Below are positions 34,844 to 39,457 of a DNA stretch of 39,457 bases, one piece after another. The notes beneath the pieces were generated by a model. The model saw only the letters and a program-made list of their open reading frames with translations, was not told the DNA's origin and did no database searches. The DNA lies in NCBI RefSeq assembly GCF_006345805.1, contig NW_021835515.1, positions 1-39,457 of the forward strand, in the 5' to 3' direction. The position numbers and the translations under genes are program-made. The stretch is from Octopus sinensis (Eukaryota). How positions within the stretch are numbered: position 1 is the first letter of the stretch; each line of letters starts with the position of its first letter.

Positions 34844-35305
34844 AGAGAGCAGTGCATGCCATCAAAGTGACACTAGGAAAATATACGAAGCCCAGTATAC
34901 CCATCATGACTACCGTCTGATAAGGTACACCAGGCACATGCATCACAACCATAAGTGCGAACATGATGATCTCATATCAAGATAAAAAGCACATGCCCTT
35001 CTATGTGGGCCCAGTTAGAATTTTCTTCTGGTCGAGTAACAGATCCTGCTCAAAGTTCCCTGAGTAAGGGTTGTTTAAGGATTTTGAATGAAACACCCAT
35101 GTTTTCCAGAGGTGAATTATTAAAACCCCAAAGAATCCCTCTTAACACATTGCTATGATACTCCCCCACTACTTCTGCTTGCGACCAGAGATGCACATAT
35201 CTTCAGCCACTAAGGGGCATGCTCAACTGGTTAACGTTGAGCAACTGACAAGCAAATCTGTGGTATTGAGCAGAAATTTGCTGGAGCCATCCTCTATACC
35301 AAGAC
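34844..35305 (-). mobile_element. Non-coding interspersed retroposon-like element of about 460 bp with a (TAA)n tail; class unassigned
   Basis: Flanked by (TTA)n on both sides, absent from the paralogous site at 12490-12830. Minus-strand 3' end ..catgcactgctctct runs directly into (TAA)n. I recall it as an abundant octopus repeat. Confidence 0.6.
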
Positions 35306-35346
35306 GATGGCTACATCTTCGTTTCAACATCCTTCAACAACCCTTA

Positions 35347-35347
35347 C

Positions 35348-35378
<31 letters not shown>

Positions 35379-35401
35379 ATTATTTTTATTATTATTATTA
35401 A

Positions 35402-35462
<61 letters not shown>

Positions 35463-35466
35463 GTTA
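35347..35466 (-). repeat. (TTA)n microsatellite
   Basis: Directly visible. Confidence 0.95.
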
Positions 35467-35507
35467 TTTGCCAATAGGGCCGGCATATCGGAGAAGATAG
35501 AGTAGAA

Positions 35508-35731
35508 AAGGCGGTGAGAGCTGGCAGAATCTTTATTACGTCGGGCGAAATGCTAAGCGGTATTTCTTCTGCCGTTACCTTCTGAGTTCAAATTTCCCCG
35601 AGTCGACTTGCCTTCATCCTTTCGGGTCGACTAAAGAAGTACCAGTTACGCACTGTGATCGTATAATCGAATTAATCCGTTTTTCTGTCCTTTTTTGTCC
35701 TCTCTGTGTTTAGCCCTTGTGGGTAGTAAGA
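35508..35731 (+). mobile_element. SINE family 2
   Basis: Paralog of 12861-13085. Confidence 0.88.
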
Positions 35732-36830
35732 AAGAGGATACAGTAGACATGGACAGTGGGATTTAACGCTGAGACAACGAGTACACAGTTAAAAGAATGA
35801 CAATGATATCCGACAAAAGATATAACAATGAAAGTTCGTAATAGGTGCAGGTAATCCCCTGGAGTTGGCTCAGGTACCCCCACCCCAATCCTGAACCACT
35901 CGACGCTTCGAGGGCATCTGGGAAGAGCACTCTCCTCCCTCTCAAATTCACTAGCCCAAAGGCGTGTTATTAGAGTAGGTCCACTCACACGTACCATTTT
36001 CTCTGTTCATCCACCTTTTGGCAAACGTACTGGGAGGCAGCACTTCACTCTGCACCCTCATCTTCCTTTCCAAAGGAAATTTGAAAAAGGTGACCCGTGA
36101 TTGGCCGTAGAGAAAAGTCTCTGCCTTTAGTCCGTTTAACCTGGTCCACAATACAGCCTCTTTCGCTACTGCTATTAGACAGAAGTAAATTGCCTGACCT
36201 TCCGGACTAATGGAAAGCGGCTGAGCGATCTTCACTACGGACTCGGCCGATAGATAGAACCACCCTACACGTGATAACAGCTTTTCAACATAACTCCACA
36301 AGTCAGTAATGCAAGGACACTGGACGAGTGCGTGCAGAACGCTTTCATCGCTCTGCGCATATCTCGGGTAGGTCGGTCAGACAGCAATTCCGTGCTTGTA
36401 GAGTTTATCTCGATCCGGCAGTGCCCCCCGATAGCACTGCAAATCAAGGGACTTCTAGAAGTTATCCTTATCCCCGTCTTGAAAGTCCTCCTCAACACTG
36501 GTTAGTTCAATTTTGTCAACGCCTAGCGTCTCTCTCCAGTGCTTCATCGCACTTTCCCTCCACTAACCCTCCATAGAACTTCAAAGTCGATTTTCCACTG
36601 ATCGCATTGCCCACCTGGTAGAGGACAGTGAGTGCCTAGCAACATTCCAGATGCCAGTAACCCATCCTCGGTCTCTTCTTGACCCACGACTGCAGCTTAC
36701 TGAAAGAGATGAGATGTGGAAAAGCCTGTTTGACAAACGATGACCACACCTGTTCAACGTTTACGCAGAATATTTGGAGATGCCGCAGCCCCAGTGCTTG
36801 TCTTCCACAGCATGCCCAGTGTTCCGGAAA
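35732..36830 (-). mobile_element. Tx1b copy
   Basis: Matches 13086-14160; ORF 35951-36301 MWSYVEKLLSRV...IAVAKEAVLWTRL...FAKRW. Confidence 0.85.
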
Positions 36831-39457
36831 TCGGAAAGCGAAAGCACAAAAACGAAAATGGGAAAAGGGAAAAGTAAAAACAGCATTTAAGTGTTCTCCT
36901 TGTTAGACATTGAATTATAAGGCTAAAAAAATATCAAAAATCTAATCAAGAATAGACTGAATTTTTCAGTTCTTCAAAATATATTTATACTTGACAACGA
37001 CTGAAAATTTCAGACCTAGAGTCCAATAGAGGATTAAGCATCTTAGATCTGAACAGGATATGCACTCTTTCAGCTAAACAATGTTTATATTTATTCGATC
37101 CATTCACATAAGTTATGGATTCTCAATACTTCTTCCATCCAGTCACATGGGTGTTTCGTTTTCTCTTCCAAACTTAGCCAGTTTCGTAGCTTTACTTTTG
37201 GCCTATGTCGGAAGGGGATTATGTGATTGGCATAACGACTTTAAAATTCACCTTTAAATAAGCATAAGAATAAAAGAATAAAAGATTGTGTGTGTGTGTG
37301 TGTGTGTAAATGCATACAAAAATACACCCACATACGCACGGATATGTACATAAGCGCACACACACACTCATAGGCGTATGGATATTGTTTCGGTAAGTTG
37401 TGTCCACGAGAAAGTCACTTCCAGTGCTCTCATCTGAAAAGTACCAGCATTAACCAGGGTTTACATTGCGACAGACTGGTATCCGGTGTGTTGTATCCTT
37501 GTGTGTTGAAATACGTTCGATAACCGATATTACTGGGGCCTAATGAGCCTGTAGATCAGGCAGAGAATTTAGCTTAGAAAATACTTTAATATAGACATTT
37601 AGGCATGCGCAGTCAAGTGTTTGTGTAACGTTTATGGAGGAAAAGTCGATACGAATATGACAAAAAAAGAAACACCGTATTTTCCGGTGTATAAGCCGCT
37701 ATTTTTTACCTGGGAAATTTAGTGTGCCGCTTAGAGAAATGTGCGCATAATGTGTGTAACTTTTTTTATAGTTCCAGGAGGAAAATTATTTGTGTATGTA
37801 GATCGAATGATTCCACTGATTTTTTTGGAGGAAGGGTCGGTCGATGAAAGACTATTGCTACAGGACATTTGTGCCTGGAATAAAACAAAGCACATTTGTT
37901 TTGTTTTAACTTTCATGTTTTTGATAATGTTTTTTTTTTTATCCAATAAAGAATTTAATATTGACGGAAGGTGTTTGTTGCTGATTATAGTAAGATAAAA
38001 TTTAAAAATCAACAATACATCTCAAAGTTGAAGAATAAACATTTTGAAATAATACACACACATCAACAACAACAAAGCTAGCAGCGGTCACGTGGTTCCA
38101 TAAGTCTTTTAAACACCGGTAGGCTTTATGTGTGGATAAAACCAAATTTTCCCCAAATTCCAAGCTAAACTTCACAATCCAATAATACAAACATTAATAA
38201 GCCCCTTCAATTGTATATACTAAACTTCAGCCAATATTCTACAAACCCTATCTACGAGACACAATATTAGTTCCATTACAAACTCCCAATCCGATACTAA
38301 TATAAATCCTAAGTTAGATTCTCCCCACTAACAACAACCAACCAACATCAACATTACTATAGTAAACCCCAACCACTTGCAACTGTCGCGCATCTGAAAT
38401 ATACGGTATGCAGACACCTGTCTCCTCAAAAGTGTATTGTATAAGTTTCACGTGATGACCGCATGCACCCACCAGGCAAGGATGTATATTTGGGGCACTG
38501 ACGATTTGGAATGGCGTTGTCGTGCTCATATGAATTCTTTCACTAATCCCGAATCTAAACTATTTCAATCTTTAGCGACACACATATACAACCTCAATTC
38601 AAAACAATGTCCAATACGCTCTATCGTGGTCCAAATTATGTGAAGCTCCCCTCTACAACACAAATATAGGTAAATGTATGTTATGTATAAAAGGGTTATT
38701 AACTATTCTTCGCCTCCACAACTCCTCACAGTTAAATTCTCTGACGTTATTTTTTATCGAAGCATAAATACTGCCCGACATTCATGCACTTCCCTAATTC
38801 CAAATAAATAAAGCTGTAAAGTAAAACAAGTGTCAACCTGACAATCGACAAGTGAACACATTCCAAATAGCAAATATGTGTGGTGTGTGGTCTATGTATA
38901 CATATATGTATGTATATATATATATAATATATATATATACATATATTATATATATCATATATATATATCTATATATATATATATAATATATATATATATA
39001 TGAGCATATGCATTACATATGAAATATCCAAAATTGCATTTACAAATACATAATATATACATAAAAGCTCTTACATACATACATGCAAACACACACACAT
39101 ATACGCACAATATATATACATATAAACTCCTACATTAATACACAGTATTAAAAACATTAAGTAGTCAGCATATATATATAGATACCTACAGAAATATAAA
39201 TATATATAACACGCATCCCGATTTATTCCAGTATTATGATCAATCGATTTTAATCCTCCTCTCAGCCTCCTAAATCTCTCAAACACACATCACAAATTTC
39301 TTAAATTTTTGCTTTTCAACCGTCTCTACTCTCATTTGACCCTTCTCGGCTTCAACAATAATTAACAAAAGTCAAATACTAAGAAAAATACCGACCCGAT
39401 TTTTCGTACTACTAAAATTCTTAACCACTCCCTCGAACCTGAAATGTGTTCTTAAAA

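Overview
AT-rich, microsatellite-dense eukaryotic repeat DNA. The SINE families look like octopus (cephalopod) SINEs, but this is recalled, not searched. I find no intact protein-coding gene, true tRNA/rRNA or CRISPR array; most listed ORFs are translated microsatellites or transposon fragments. From about 4.3 kb to the end, the window is a degenerate tandem array of a roughly 8-9 kb composite unit present as about five partial copies. My module order is D-(V-P)-B-(TA)n-K-SINE1-G-Tx1a-(TA)n-F-(TAA)n/(TTA)n-SINE2-Tx1b-U, where single letters are my labels for repeated non-coding blocks. Copies differ by insertions, microhomology deletions and one local inversion. Mobile elements: Tx1/L1-type LINE 3' fragments, two R4/Dong-type LINEs, Penelope-like elements (PLE), a hAT element with both TIRs, MITEs and three tRNA-derived SINE families. 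Most notable: (1) an intact canonical type I hammerhead ribozyme (18226-18308, minus) plus three variant or decayed hammerheads; (2) a head-to-head (TAA)n/(TTA)n tract, empty in one copy and filled strand-specifically in two others; (3) paralogous (TA)n tracts carrying different passengers in different copies. Many single-base indels between paralogs suggest some uncorrected long-read error, so junctions need read-level confirmation.
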